DNA of 64,000 bases, from contig OZ360220.1 of NCBI GenBank assembly GCA_977017645.1, positions 153,822,001-153,886,000 on the forward strand. Direction: 5' to 3'. The position numbers and the translations under genes were made by a program. Within the stretch, counting starts at the first letter, position 1. Each line of letters begins with the position of its first letter. Shown in pieces: positions 51,760 to 63,182 of the stretch. Below the pieces are notes generated by a model. It saw only the letters and a list, made by a program, of their open reading frames with translations, did not search any database and had not been told where the DNA came from. Source of the stretch: Torpedo marmorata. Lineage: Eukaryota.

Positions 51760-53146
51760 CACTTGGTGTGGCAAGCCTTCTGTGAGCAGCTTACATGTCA
51801 TCTCTTCCTCCGGTATATCGACGACTACATCGGCGCTGCCTCATGCACCCGCGATGAGCTTGTCAACTTCATCCACTTCGCATCCAACTTCCACCACGAT
51901 CTCAAACTCACCTGGTCGATCTCCGATAACACTCTCCCCTTCCTGGATCTCTCTGTCTCCATCTCGGGAGACAAGCTTTCCACCGACATTTACTACAAAC
52001 CCTCCAACTCCCACAACTATCTGGACTACACATCCTCACACCCTGTCCCTTGCAAGGACTCCATCCCCTTCTCTCAATTTCTCCGCCTCCGCCGCATCTG
52101 TTCCCAAGATGAGGTGTTCCACTCCAGATCTTCTGAAATGTCTGCCTTTTTCCACAAACGTGGCTTCCCCTCCACCACCATCAACTCAGCCCTCACCCGC
52201 ATCTCCTCCATTTCCCGCTCATCTGCCCTGGCCCCCTCTGCCCCCAGACGCAACAAACATAGAATCCCCCTCATCCTCACCTACCAGCCTCCGCATCCAA
52301 CACATTATCCGCTGGAATTTCCGGCACTTACTACAGGATCCCACCACCAGACACATTTTTCCTTCTCCTCCCCTCTCGGCCTTCCGTAGGGACAGCTCCT
52401 TCCGCGATTCACTCGTGCACTCATCCCTCCCCACCCATCGCACCCCCGGAAACTTCCCCTGTGCCCGCAGGAGGTGCAACACCTGCGCCCACACCTCACC
52501 ACGGTCCAGGGCCCCAAACAGGCCTTCCAAGTGAAACTACACTTCACTTGTACATCCAGAGAACTTATTTACTGCATCCGGTGCTCCCTTTGTGGCTTTC
52601 TATACATTGGAGAGACCGGTCGTAGATTGGGAGACCGCTTTGCTGAGCACCTCCTCTCCGTCCGCAACAACAGCGACCTCCCAGTAGCCAACCATTTCAA
52701 TTCCGGGTCACACTCCCACACTCACATGTTTGTCCATGGCCTCATGTACTATCCCACCCAGACTACCCGCAAATTGGAGGAACAACATCTCATATTCCTT
52801 CTCGGCACTCTCCAGCCAGATGGCATTAACATTGACTTTTCTGCTTTCCACTAAACCTGCTTGTTGTTCCTTTCCCCTCCCCCCTCACCTGTCCTTCGTT
52901 TTTCTCCAGCTACCCAGCCATCCCTCCTCCCCCTCTTTGCTGCTGTCCCCTCCCTCCTTTTTCCACCTATCATCTCCTGCCTTTGCCATCCCCCTTCCCC
53001 CCTCACTCCTTTGTTCGGACGCCTGCCGGCATTTTCTCATACTTTGATGAAGGGCTCAAGCCCGAAACGTCGGTTATGTATTTCTACCTTTGCTACATAA
53101 AAGACACTGTTTGACCTGCTGAGTTTCTCCAGCATTTGTGTTTTTA
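51760..53146 (+). mobile_element. Penelope-like element (RT C-terminus plus GIY-YIG), 5'-truncated, frameshifted
   Basis: ORF 51763-52389 (RYIDD, LPFLD, DIYYKP, YLDYTSSHP, IPFSQFLRLRRICS) and ORF 52474-52854 (YIGETGR). Confidence 0.93.
53038..53078 (+). ncRNA. Minimal type I hammerhead-ribozyme-like motif in the PLE terminus
   Basis: CATACT-TTGATGA-A-GGGC TCAA GCCC-GAA-ACGT-C-GGTTATG. Core has C3U; stem II is intact; stem III is a palindromic ACGT; stem I is bulged. Confidence 0.6.
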
Positions 53147-54349
53147 CATGGATTAAATGTTGTCCTGAGAGTTGGTTCTTTTCCTGGAATCAGAAGGACG
53201 ATTAGTCGAGTGTCGTACATTTTCTGTCGCTGTCCTGGTTGCCTCCTTGTAGTCTCTCCTTTTGTAGTCTTCCTCTTTTCCGTCCACATAAACCATCCTT
53301 CCAAAGAGTTTCAGCTGCAACATCAGAGAGGATTTGTGCTCCCTTCCACCCTCCTGATGTATATCATTGCTTTTCCAGAGCCAGGTTGCACGCACTCGCT
53401 GAAGGTTTTTCAGCAGTACACAAACTCCTGGCTGCCCACCCCCACCCCAACAAGAAGCACACTCAGTTGAAAAAAGAGCTTCCCTCAATTGAGCTGACTG
53501 CCATGGCAGATATGGGGAAGTCGCACCCAGCAGGCTTGACTCAGTACAAGATGGCTGCCTCGTGCAACTGGCAATACACAGCTGTCTGAAGTACCTGAAA
53601 ACCTTACCATCTGCTCCTGGCTCCCATCATGATTTTATATTTTTTGTCACATTTTACTTTGATTATTGATTTTCCCGAGCCGGTACAGTGACTGCTGGAG
53701 ACTACATCAGGGACGTGTCCAATTGACTCAAACATTAGCAAGTTAACTGTCTCAATCACTCTTACTAGTCCAGACTAAGGTTTTATTAGCCATGAAAAAA
53801 AGTATTCAAAATCATTTGAAGCTATCAGCTTTAAAATTTAACGACTATGAAGACCCAGCAGTACATAAAACTGTACAGGTTTTAAGCTGCCAAATATTTT
53901 CACTGAACCAACTGATGCTGAGCCAAAGGGCTTTTTGCATTTTGATTTTTACATTAACCTTCCATTAAAAATTATCACGGCTATCATCACAAAGTATCGT
54001 GGCCAATAAATTAGCATTTTATGAGACATGTAAAACAAGTATTTACGATTTGCTAATGTGACTGTCTTTCATGCTGAACCAATTCCGTGTCCATTTTATT
54101 CACTGCTCTCCACCTTTTTAGGTCTCTTCATGGATTAGCCTCAAGGCTTTTATGTATTCACTCTTAAACTAATGGTTCTGGCATTTTATTCTGTAACGTG
54201 AAGGAGCTTGCATAAAGTGGGTAACCTTTCCAATTGAAACACGTTGTAAAAATATAATCATTTCCACTCAATTATTTTGATTCAAAGTTGAACCCAGATG
54301 CTGTAACTTCTCTCGTGCTGAAGATTAACCAATTCTGTATAATAGAAAA

Positions 54350-54660
54350 ATGGGATGGGACTTGATTGAAACATGCAAGGTCTTGACAGGGTGGATGTTG
54401 AGAGGATGCTCCCCTTTCATAGCAGAATCTGGAACTAGGGGTTGCCTATTTTAGACAGATGAGTCATAATTTGTTTCCTGAGGGTTGTGAGTCTTTGGAA
54501 GTCTCTTCAGACCAATGCAAGTGGAGTCCTTGAATATTTGTAAGGCAGAGGTAGAAATATTCTTGCTGAATAAGGGGATGAAAGGTTACTGCAAGAATGT
54601 GGAGGTCAGTTTACAATCAGATCAACCATTTTATTGAATGACGTAATCCTGCTCCTCCTC
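54350..54660 (+). mobile_element. Decayed CR1 3' fragment
   Basis: gacttgattgaaaca...gaatctggaactagggg...agggttgtgagtctttggaa...taaggcagaggtaga. Confidence 0.6.
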
Positions 54661-55515
54661 TGAATGTTTGTATGAAAAATATCTTCAGTTTTAAATATAT
54701 GCTTCCTGCATCTTACAGATCTAAACTATATACAAAGTGCATTCAGAAAACAAACTGGTGAAGGAACTCAGCGAGTCAGGCAGAATCTGTGGAGGGAGGG
54801 AGACACTCGGCGGTTCGTATCTCGTTCCCATCACTGAATGCTGCCTGACCCATTGAGTTCCTCCAGCTCATTTTTTCTCCATATTCAGCACCTGCAGTCT
54901 CTTGTGTCTCTTTAAAATGTGTTGTGAAGTTCAAGTGCTATTCAGAAGAGTTTTGTCTGCAAAAAAATGCACAATAGGTACACAATTCCATCCTGGTCAA
55001 AGAGTAAAATCTTATCGAGAGAGATTTTTCATTATGTGTAGAATATCCTGCTAACTAAATTCTCATTGTTTTGATCATTTTTGGTAACTAAAATTCTAAT
55101 ATAAGCCTTCTTCTTTGCATGTTTCTCTTTTTTTTAAAAAATTATACCACTATCACCAGCAAAATTTAATTGAAGTACATTTCAGAGGGTTACACTTAAT
55201 TTAAAAACTTCAATAAACTCAAAATTTTCCATCAATTCTGAAGTAAAGATGCTGTCTTGTAACCAAACTACTGTTTGTCAGTGCTTTTCAGAACATCTTG
55301 CAGTGTTAGTTTGTGTGCTCATAAAGGGCTGTGGCAGATTGTAACTTATTCAATGATAGCAGTCAAGCAAAGAATCAGTTATGAAACAGATGAGTTGTTG
55401 GCCTCTGCCTGAGCAAGGATTTGACCTGAATAAAATAAGAATCTCCAAATGTTGTAATTGTTTCAGAGCTTATTGAGCTTGGTAATCATTCTTGAAGATT
55501 TGTTAGAATATCATA

Positions 55516-56153
55516 GAGGTGCCTAACCCTTTATCCAGAATTCCAAAAACCAAACTTTTTTTCCTGGATGTCATGTGCTCAACCAAACATGACCCGACAC
55601 GACCTACACTTAGCTCACGCTTGAAAATCCTGTGTCATTCCGCGTCGGTAGTTAGTGGGACGTCGGCATCCCGGCAGGTCAGGAATAGGTCTGCCATCAG
55701 CCTCCCGGCAGGAGCAAAGACAACATCAGCCTCCCGGCAGGTCAGGAGCGCTACAGACGTCGGCCTCCCGGCATGTCAGGAATAGGTCCGGCGTCGGCCT
55801 CCCGGCAGGTCAGAAGCCGAGTCAGCGTCGGCCTCCCGACAGGTCAGGAACAGAACCGACGTCGGCCTCCCGACAGGTCAGGAGTAGGGCCGGCGTCGGC
55901 CTCGCGGCAAGTCAGGAGCAGGGTCGGCTTTCCAAATCACAATGGGACCGGGGACGTCGGCCTCCCGGGTCGGCAGCAGTGGGGATGTCGGCCTCCTGGC
56001 AGCAGCGGGGACGTCAGCCTCCTGGCAGCAGCGGGGACGTCAGCCTCCCGGCAGCAGCGGAGACATCGGCCTCTATAATTCTATAATCCGAAAAAATCCG
56101 AATTCCGAAAAGTGTCCGGTCCCAAGGTTTTCGGGTAAAAGGTTAGGCACCTG
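55516..56153. mobile_element. Tc1/mariner (Tigger-like) MITE with internal GC-rich tandem repeats
   Basis: TA flanks; TIRs (g)aggtgcctaaccctttatcc / gggtaaaaggttaggcacctg; internal units of about 33 bp and about 24 bp with core cgtcggcctcccggcag. Confidence 0.82.
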
Positions 56154-56299
56154 TACAACATGGAGATGGGCCCTTCAGCCCAATGAGTTCATGCCAGCCA
56201 AACAATATCTAAAGTAAAACATGTGTGCTGCATATTGTTACTGATTTTCTTTCATCATTGCCAGAATATTTATACCTGTGTGTTTCTGTTTGTTACCAG

Positions 56300-56422
56300 A
56301 TTAACTATATTTTGGAATCCAGAGCAAGTTCGGCACGAGCAGACTACCAGGCTCAAAAACAAAGAAAACTTTGCAGAAGAACAAGCTTCAGTTTTCAGAA
56401 GGACAAAAAATCAGGACAGTGA
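56300..56422 (+). CDS. MAPKAP1: MAPKAP1/SIN1 last coding exon
   Basis: Acceptor ttaccag|ATT, phase 0. Encodes [40 protein letters not shown], matching the SIN1 C-terminus; TGA at 56420-56422. Confidence 0.96.
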   Translation: MNYILESRASSARADYQAQKQRKLCRRTSFSFQKDKKSGQ

Positions 56423-57370
56423 CAGCAGCAGCAACAGAGACAACATAAAATGTCTGGACAATTCTGCTGACAGGGAGGGAAAGAGAAAGACCCCACAGTA
56501 TTACAGGTGGGAGACAGGACCATATCGTTGTAACTTTCCAGGCTGCCAAGAGCAGGATACAGCAAAGGAAGCTGATTAAAATTTGGAGACTTTTAGATCT
56601 CTTGCTATTCTTGTGTTCAAAGGATCATCAGCTTCCTGTTTGGGATGTAGGCTTTCCTCCAAGATTCTTCCTCTTGACAAGCAGCCATATCGGAGAGAAA
56701 AAAATACAGGTGGCTCTGTTTAGTACCCTGTGCTTTGATTCTTGGGGAGTTCACATATATAATCATCTAAGGATTATGGATACAATAAATTGCACTGTCT
56801 GACAAGTGACTTCATACAGGTGTTGCAGCTTGTCACTTGATCAAAGATTAAAGTTAATCATGTTGGGACAAAACCATAACATTTTCTTTTCTGATTCTTT
56901 AAAAAAACAATTACTGGATAAGTAGATTAACAGATTTTTCTGAACAGCTGAATAATACATTTTTTATTACCTCTGTAAGAAATAAACATTAGTTTTTACT
57001 GTGACTTGTAAATGTTCCTGCATTGTACCTGCTAACTATAATATAATGACAAAGCACTGTGTAAGAAATAGCTGGTATTATTTCAGTCTGTCATTTCAAG
57101 ACAGTTTGGGAATGTATAATATGTTTAAAACATTTTTCTTTCTGGCAAAATGTATTAAAAAAATCTGCAGTTTCCAAAAACTTTTAGTTTTAGTTGAAAT
57201 ATTCTTTATCAACAATTTTACACCATAAATTTAAAGCTTGCTCATATTTACAGGAATCTGAGCAACTGCTGATTCAGACGATTTTACTTTCCATTTGTTG
57301 TGTTCTGGCCTCTCATTCAGACTGAAGATTTTTCCACGTCAGCCATTTCTCTGGCATAGTTTAATAAATT
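56423..57370 (+). promoter_or_regulatory. MAPKAP1: MAPKAP1 3' UTR with candidate polyadenylation signals
   Basis: Follows the stop codon; AATAAA near 56784, 56981 and 57363. Which signal is used cannot be told from sequence. Confidence 0.55.
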
Positions 57371-58311
57371 CAACCACGATCAGTATCTCTGCAGCATTCA
57401 GTGACCACTTAACCAAAATGAGCTAAAAGCTTGGAAGTTCTCAAATGAATTGTGCAAATTCCCTTTGGGTCACCTCACTGATACGCAGTTGGTATGAGTG
57501 AGACTGAAGTCATCTGCCTGGGTTCTGCCTGAATCTCTGTAGCACATAACCAAGGTGCCCACTCCTCTTGAAGGCTAACATCCTCAGAGTTAAACTCTGA
57601 GTGTGTAGGTGTACAACCTTGTTTAACGTTGGACTGTGCTTCAGTTCCCTGTTCTTGCCTGCTCCTGCCTCTGTTGCTTTGGGATGCTTGCCCTGGCCTT
57701 TCTCATCATCCCTGGATCCAATTCACGTTCTTCCTTTGAGGGAGTAAAAAGGCAACTTTGCTTCAGGTACGTTCAAATAACTGCAGACACTGCTTAATCT
57801 GATGCAGAATCAAAATACTGGAACACTCAGCTGGTCAGGCAGCATCTGTAGAAGGAGAAACCATGGTCAAAATTTGGAAAGAGAAATATGATGTCAGATC
57901 TCTTTCCCAGTTTTGATGACCTGAAACATTGTTTCTCCTTCCACAAGTGCTGTCTGACCTGAGTGTTTCCAGCATTTTCTGTTTTTGTTTGCTCCCTGCA
58001 TTTGATCTTGGGCAAGAGTCTGGTCTTCTACCTTTTGTGGTGTCCTGTCTCCCTCCCACCAACTTTAGAACCTTTTCCCAATCTATCTACTTCTTCAGGC
58101 GTTCACTTGCTCTCTTCAAGCCTTACCTTCATGCACTCCTGACCTTTCTGCTGACACTTTTTGCTGTTTGGTTACAGAACCATCAGCCAAGGCTCCTTGA
58201 ACACATTTCACCTTCCTCTTCTCCAAACGTGGGTGTGGTAGAATGGTGGTCAATTCCAAGTTCACCAATGATCTAAAGCCACAAGATCAAATCGCACCAC
58301 AGCAGCTACAG

Positions 58312-59391
58312 CAGTGGCGTAGCTGGGGGGGGGGGGGGGCTGCAGGGGGAGCGACCGCTCCCCCTGAGCACATTTGTTCAAAAGTGGCGCCTGTTTTTGA
58401 ACTGTGAGACCACGGCATCTGCGGCAGATGCCGTGGTCTCACAGTTCAAAAACAGGCGCCACTGATCTGCCCTGCTGTCTCCTTGTGGTGTGTACCCTGC
58501 TGATTTGGCTATTAGCTGGCGTGGATTGTATGCGTGAATCGCCGCGAACACAAGGCGCGAAAAGAATTTGAGATTTATATTCGAACAGTAAATCGGAGAG
58601 GGAAGGGCGAGAGCTGTGAGTAAAATGTTTGTTTTATTTAAAAACTGAATTGCAAATTGTGCCCCACAGTTCAGGAAGGCCGAGGGGAAGATTCGGAGTC
58701 GGGCGTTGGGAACTCCGGTGACCGGAGCTCCCGACGCCCGAGTCTCGGCTCCGAACCCTCCCCTTGGCCTGCACCGGAGCTCCCGACGCCGAACCCTCCC
58801 CTGTGTGTCTGCTCGGCCTACCACACATGCACACCGGAGTCCTGTGTGTATATGCAGTAGTAGGCCGAGGATGTTTGTTATCTTGGTACCATGCCATTAG
58901 ACTTCAGGCTCAAGGAATCATCCCAAACACTTCTGCAGAAAGATTGCTTTGCCCTGTATGATAGATCATTCAATGTAAGATGATGCCAGGGTTTCCCGTG
59001 ACCAATGTAATAAACACACAAGTGTGTGGTCATTTTCTTTTGTGGGAACTTTCTCTGCACAGATTGTCTACAACGTTTCCTCCATCAGTTCAGCTCCCGC
59101 ACTCTACAGGAACATCAATGGTTGTTCACCAGCTCGAAGGAGTTGGGAGAGGTGTAAAAGAAAAGTCATTCATTGTTTCTTTCAAGGAAGGGCAGAGGAG
59201 AGGGAAGAGGACTATAGGAGGGAAGGGAAGGGGAGAGGAGGGCGGTAGGGGGGAAGAGGGGTTGGAGAGAGGAGGAGGGCGTGGAGGCTTTGTGCGCTGG
59301 TTGCAAAACCTGTGCGCACGCGCACAGCTGTGGTCGCGGCGCCTTTTTTATGTGCTCTTGCTCCTAACGTCAAAACCTGGCTACGCCACTG
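58312..59391. mobile_element. hAT-type non-autonomous DNA transposon
   Basis: 12-bp TIRs CAGTGGCGTAGC / GCTACGCCACTG; 8-bp TSD agctacag / aactacag (7/8 match). Confidence 0.88.
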
Positions 59392-59829
59392 AACTACAGA
59401 GTGTGAACTTGTGATTATCCCCACCCCTGTTCACCAGTTGCCCTCGGGCAGGGGAATCTACTATCCATGTACAAACTGCAAGCACCACCAGTGCAGTTAG
59501 TTCTTGATTCTTCAAGGATCCATCTTGGATCCCAAGCAGTGGCTGGAGTGAATTTTGCCTGGGCTTCTCCGCACCTGTCCACTGCCACTTTTGTGTTCCA
59601 GTCACAGGGTTTACGGTGCAAAAATTCTTGTACATTTTACATTGTGCATTCTTTTCACAGGATTCACCACAAGGAAGAAAAATGGCAGCACTACTGCTGG
59701 CGCGGACCTGGGAGAGCAGGGAGCAGAGATACAGCACTGCTCTGCCAACACTCTTTATGCCAACAGCTCTGTACAGGCTTTAAACAGCCTATTAAAGGAG
59801 CCAACGGTTTCTTTTTTTAAATCTTGTAA

Positions 59830-60462
59830 CCACGGAGGTCTGTGCCCAAGATGACTGCGCCTATTTTTGGCAGCGTACCATGAGTAGCAGACTCCAGGGG
59901 AGCAGCACAGGGTACCATAAATGGGGAGAACACCCCTACCCCCCCCCCACGCCCGTTGAGAAGGAGAAGCATAGAAGACGACTCAACAGGACGATGACCA
60001 CGGCAGCGAACCAACGAGGGACTCAGCGACTGAAGGACCCATGCAGGCTGCTGGCAACTGCGGTTGAAGGACTCACACAGACTGCAGACTGCTGGAGATT
60101 GGCTCATGGGAACCAGGTATCGGAACTGGAATTCGAGAGGGTGCTGGGGGCAAGAAGGGCTCCAAAAGGGCCTCAGGCACTGAAGGCTTCCTGATCGTAT
60201 CGAAGGTTTGGATCTGGAGCTTGGATTGGCGATGGTTTGAACTGGAGTCTTTGCGGCTGCAGGAGCGCTGGAGGCGAATCCACGCACACTCAGTGCCTCT
60301 GAAGGGACTTTCATTTACTTCTCTTTTCTCCTATTGTTAGGGGCGCCAGGCAAGGCTCATGGCAACTCTTTGTTTGCCTTACTGCAGACAAAAGTTAAAA
60401 GTATATCATGTATATTACATTTTTAATGTGTTATTACGTGACAGTAAAAGGAACCTTGAACC
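59830..60462 (+). mobile_element. GC-rich non-autonomous retroelement (relative of 7036), 5'-truncated
   Basis: ggtctgtgcccaagatg...gcagactccagggga and aggtatcggaactgg match the 7230-7700 region; the tail matches the 5S SINE tail. Confidence 0.78.
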
Positions 60463-60757
60463 CAAGCAAGAAGAGAGTATTTGGCTTACTCATTGAAATT
60501 AAAGCTACAGAACCCCACAGAACAAGCACCTTGCTTCTGCTGGTACAGCTTATTGGAGCATTAACAGTCTGGGTCACAGCTTGGCCTTCTGCTTTCCACA
60601 TGATATACGTATTATTGTTCACCGGTCCCCAGGATGAATGTGTTTCTGACAACTCAGGGAATCGGGTACAGGAACCTTGTACCAGTTTCTTTGAACTGTG
60701 TGCAGCACTGCCACTGTGTGCCTTCATGAACCGTGATAGGAACTCAGGGCCAAATAT

Positions 60758-61258
60758 TTCAAGGTTCCTTTTATTGTCATGTAATAATACATTAAAATGT
60801 AATATACATGATATACTTCAACTTTTGTCTGCCGTATGGCAAACAAAGGGTTGCCATGAGCATTACCCGACGCTCCCAATCGTAAGAGAAAGAGAAGCAA
60901 ATGGGCTCCCTTCAGAGATACTGAGTGTCTGTGGATTCGCCTCGAGCGCTCCCGCAGCCACACAGACTCCTGTTCAATCCATTGGCAACCCAAGCTCCAG
61001 GTCCAAACCTCCGATGCAATCAGGAAGCTCTTCGGGAGCCCTTCTTGCCCTAAGCACCCTCTCAAATTCCAGTTCCGATACCTGGTTCCCATGAGCCAGT
61101 CTCCAGCGGCCCACAGCCCGTGTGGATCCTTTGTCTGCAAGTCGCCAGCAGCTCGCAGCCTGTGTGAGTCCTTTGTCTGCAAGTCGCCCACAGCCTGCGT
61201 GGGTCCCTCAGTCGCTGACCCCCTCTCTGGTCCGCTGCCATGGTCGCCTTCCCTGTAG
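60758..61258 (-). mobile_element. GC-rich non-autonomous retroelement, inverted relative to the 59830 copy
   Basis: Reverse complement of 59970-60460, including the tail aaggttccttttattgtca. Confidence 0.78.
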
Positions 61259-62259
61259 GGTCGGATATGGTGGAACACTTGAAACATACGAGTGCATCAA
61301 TTGGGTTTTGAGAAAACCTTTTTTATAAACTGATTGATTCCACCAACGACCATTGAACTTGAACTCTATGCACTATCAATGCAAGGCAACACACAACCAA
61401 GATCATTCTCAATAAAGCATTACCGTACTCATCTCCAAAACAAAACTGCAAATGTTTATGCTGATTTTAAGTGTTTTTGTTTCTGTCTGAGTTCTGAACA
61501 TTTTACTTTGGGTTTTCCCCCATCACCCTGCTCCAGCTTCCTCCTGTCTAAGCAGGAAACCCTTCAAGGACAGTTGTAAGCCTGAATTCTAAAGAAAAAC
61601 GTTTTTCTGCCAGATCTTAAGACGCCATTTCCTTAAGTTTCCTCCTTGAATTTTACCACAGTAAAATGTGGACCAGTAGTAAACTTGTATACGCGTCATA
61701 GAAAATTAAACTATGCTATAAATATGTGGCGTTGATACAGTTTGTACATTCCCAGGTTTTCAAAGCTGCAATTGCAGTAAAATCTGGCATTTTACCCCAA
61801 TCGTACTTCTCAGCATGCTGATAAACACCTTTATGACCAAACCTGAAGTATTTTGCAATATGTCACCATAATTTCAGTTTTGCTTACAAACATATCTAAA
61901 AGATGTATTTAAATATTTTACTGAAGATCTGTTAGCTTATTGTTTTTTGGAAAAACACAAGATAAATTCTTTTTATGGGGCATTATTGTTTTAAAGGGCG
62001 ATAAAAGCCAATTTACTAAATCCCATTTTGTGCTGCATCCTTTTTACCTATGTGCTAATTCTCATTTATGATAAATGCTATATTAACAATATTGAAGTGG
62101 ATTTCAAAGTAAGATTGATGTAGCAGGGATTTGGTTTCTATTGCTCAGGCTCAGTGAATACAAGAATTAAGAACAGTGGCTGGAACTGCCAGTCTGTTCC
62201 GTAATTTTGATTCTCATTGTCGGTTTTACCTCCAGTTTCCTGTCTCATCTCCATTACCC

Positions 62260-62720
62260 TTGATTTCCCCAAAGTCCAAAATGGATCCATCCTGGCTTTG
62301 AAAGCACTCAAAGTCTCAGTTTCCACAACTTTCCTGAGAAGAAATTCCCCTTCATCATCTTGTGTTTAACTCTTCATCCTGAAATTGTGCCCTGTAATTG
62401 TGGATTCCCTTAACCAGGGTAACTCCTCCACAGTAGAATCCCACACCTTTCAATGAGACTGACTCATTCATATGAACAAAATCCTAGTGGGTGAACGCAC
62501 AGAGTTTTTGCCCAGAGTAGGAGAATCAGTAACCAGAGGACATAGGGTGGGTGTATGGAAAAGGCTGCTGAAGGAGGTAGTTGAGGCAGGTACTAATGCA
62601 ATTTTTGACAAAAAGTTGGATAGATACATGGATAGGATGGGATGAGCTCAGGCAGGTGGGACATTTTGGTCAGCATGAGCAAGTGGGCCAAAGGGCCTGT
62701 TTCCACGCTGTATGACTCCA
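62260..62720. mobile_element. Decayed CR1 3' fragments in opposite orientations
   Basis: Minus-strand piece at about 62260-62460 and plus-strand piece at about 62490-62720 ending ggcctgtttccacgctgtatgactc. Confidence 0.55.
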
Positions 62721-62929
62721 GAAGATATCAATCCACGCCGTTCAATCTTTCCTTTATAAAACACCCACTTCATCCCAAGAATATTCAAATAAACTTTTGT
62801 AATACTACCTCAGAGTTGAGACTACATGTGTTTTCAGAGGCCATACTATATTCATTGTCTTGGGGGTCGGTTTTAAGGGGTATTTTCAAGCCCTTATCTC
62901 CCTGTAACCTAGTCTCCCGTATGTGCCCA

Positions 62930-63105
62930 TCCGGCGCTCTCTGTAAGGAGTTTGTACGTTCTCCCTGTGTCTGAGCGGGTTTTCCCTGGGTGTTCTGGTT
63001 TCCTCCCACCTTCCCAAACATACGGGGGTTGTATGTTAATTGGGTGTAATTGGACGGCAAGGGCTCGTGGGCTGGAACAGCCTTGTTACTATGCTGTATG
63101 TCTTT
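62930..63105 (+). mobile_element. V-SINE, 5'-truncated
   Basis: ctgtaaggagtttgtacgttctccctgtgtctg V-domain and the family tail. Confidence 0.82.
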
Positions 63106-63182
63106 AAAAACTCCACACTAATTCTACCACCCACTTACACCAGACATCACGAAATGTCATCCTGTGACACAAAAAGTTAACA

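Noticed and set aside
55519-56217. Overlapping repetitive ORFs (SASRQVR repeats)
   Set aside because: They are translations of the MITE's internal tandem repeats.
60408-61287. 228-aa and 187-aa ORFs
   Set aside because: They span repeat/unique junctions and have no recognisable motifs; chance frames.
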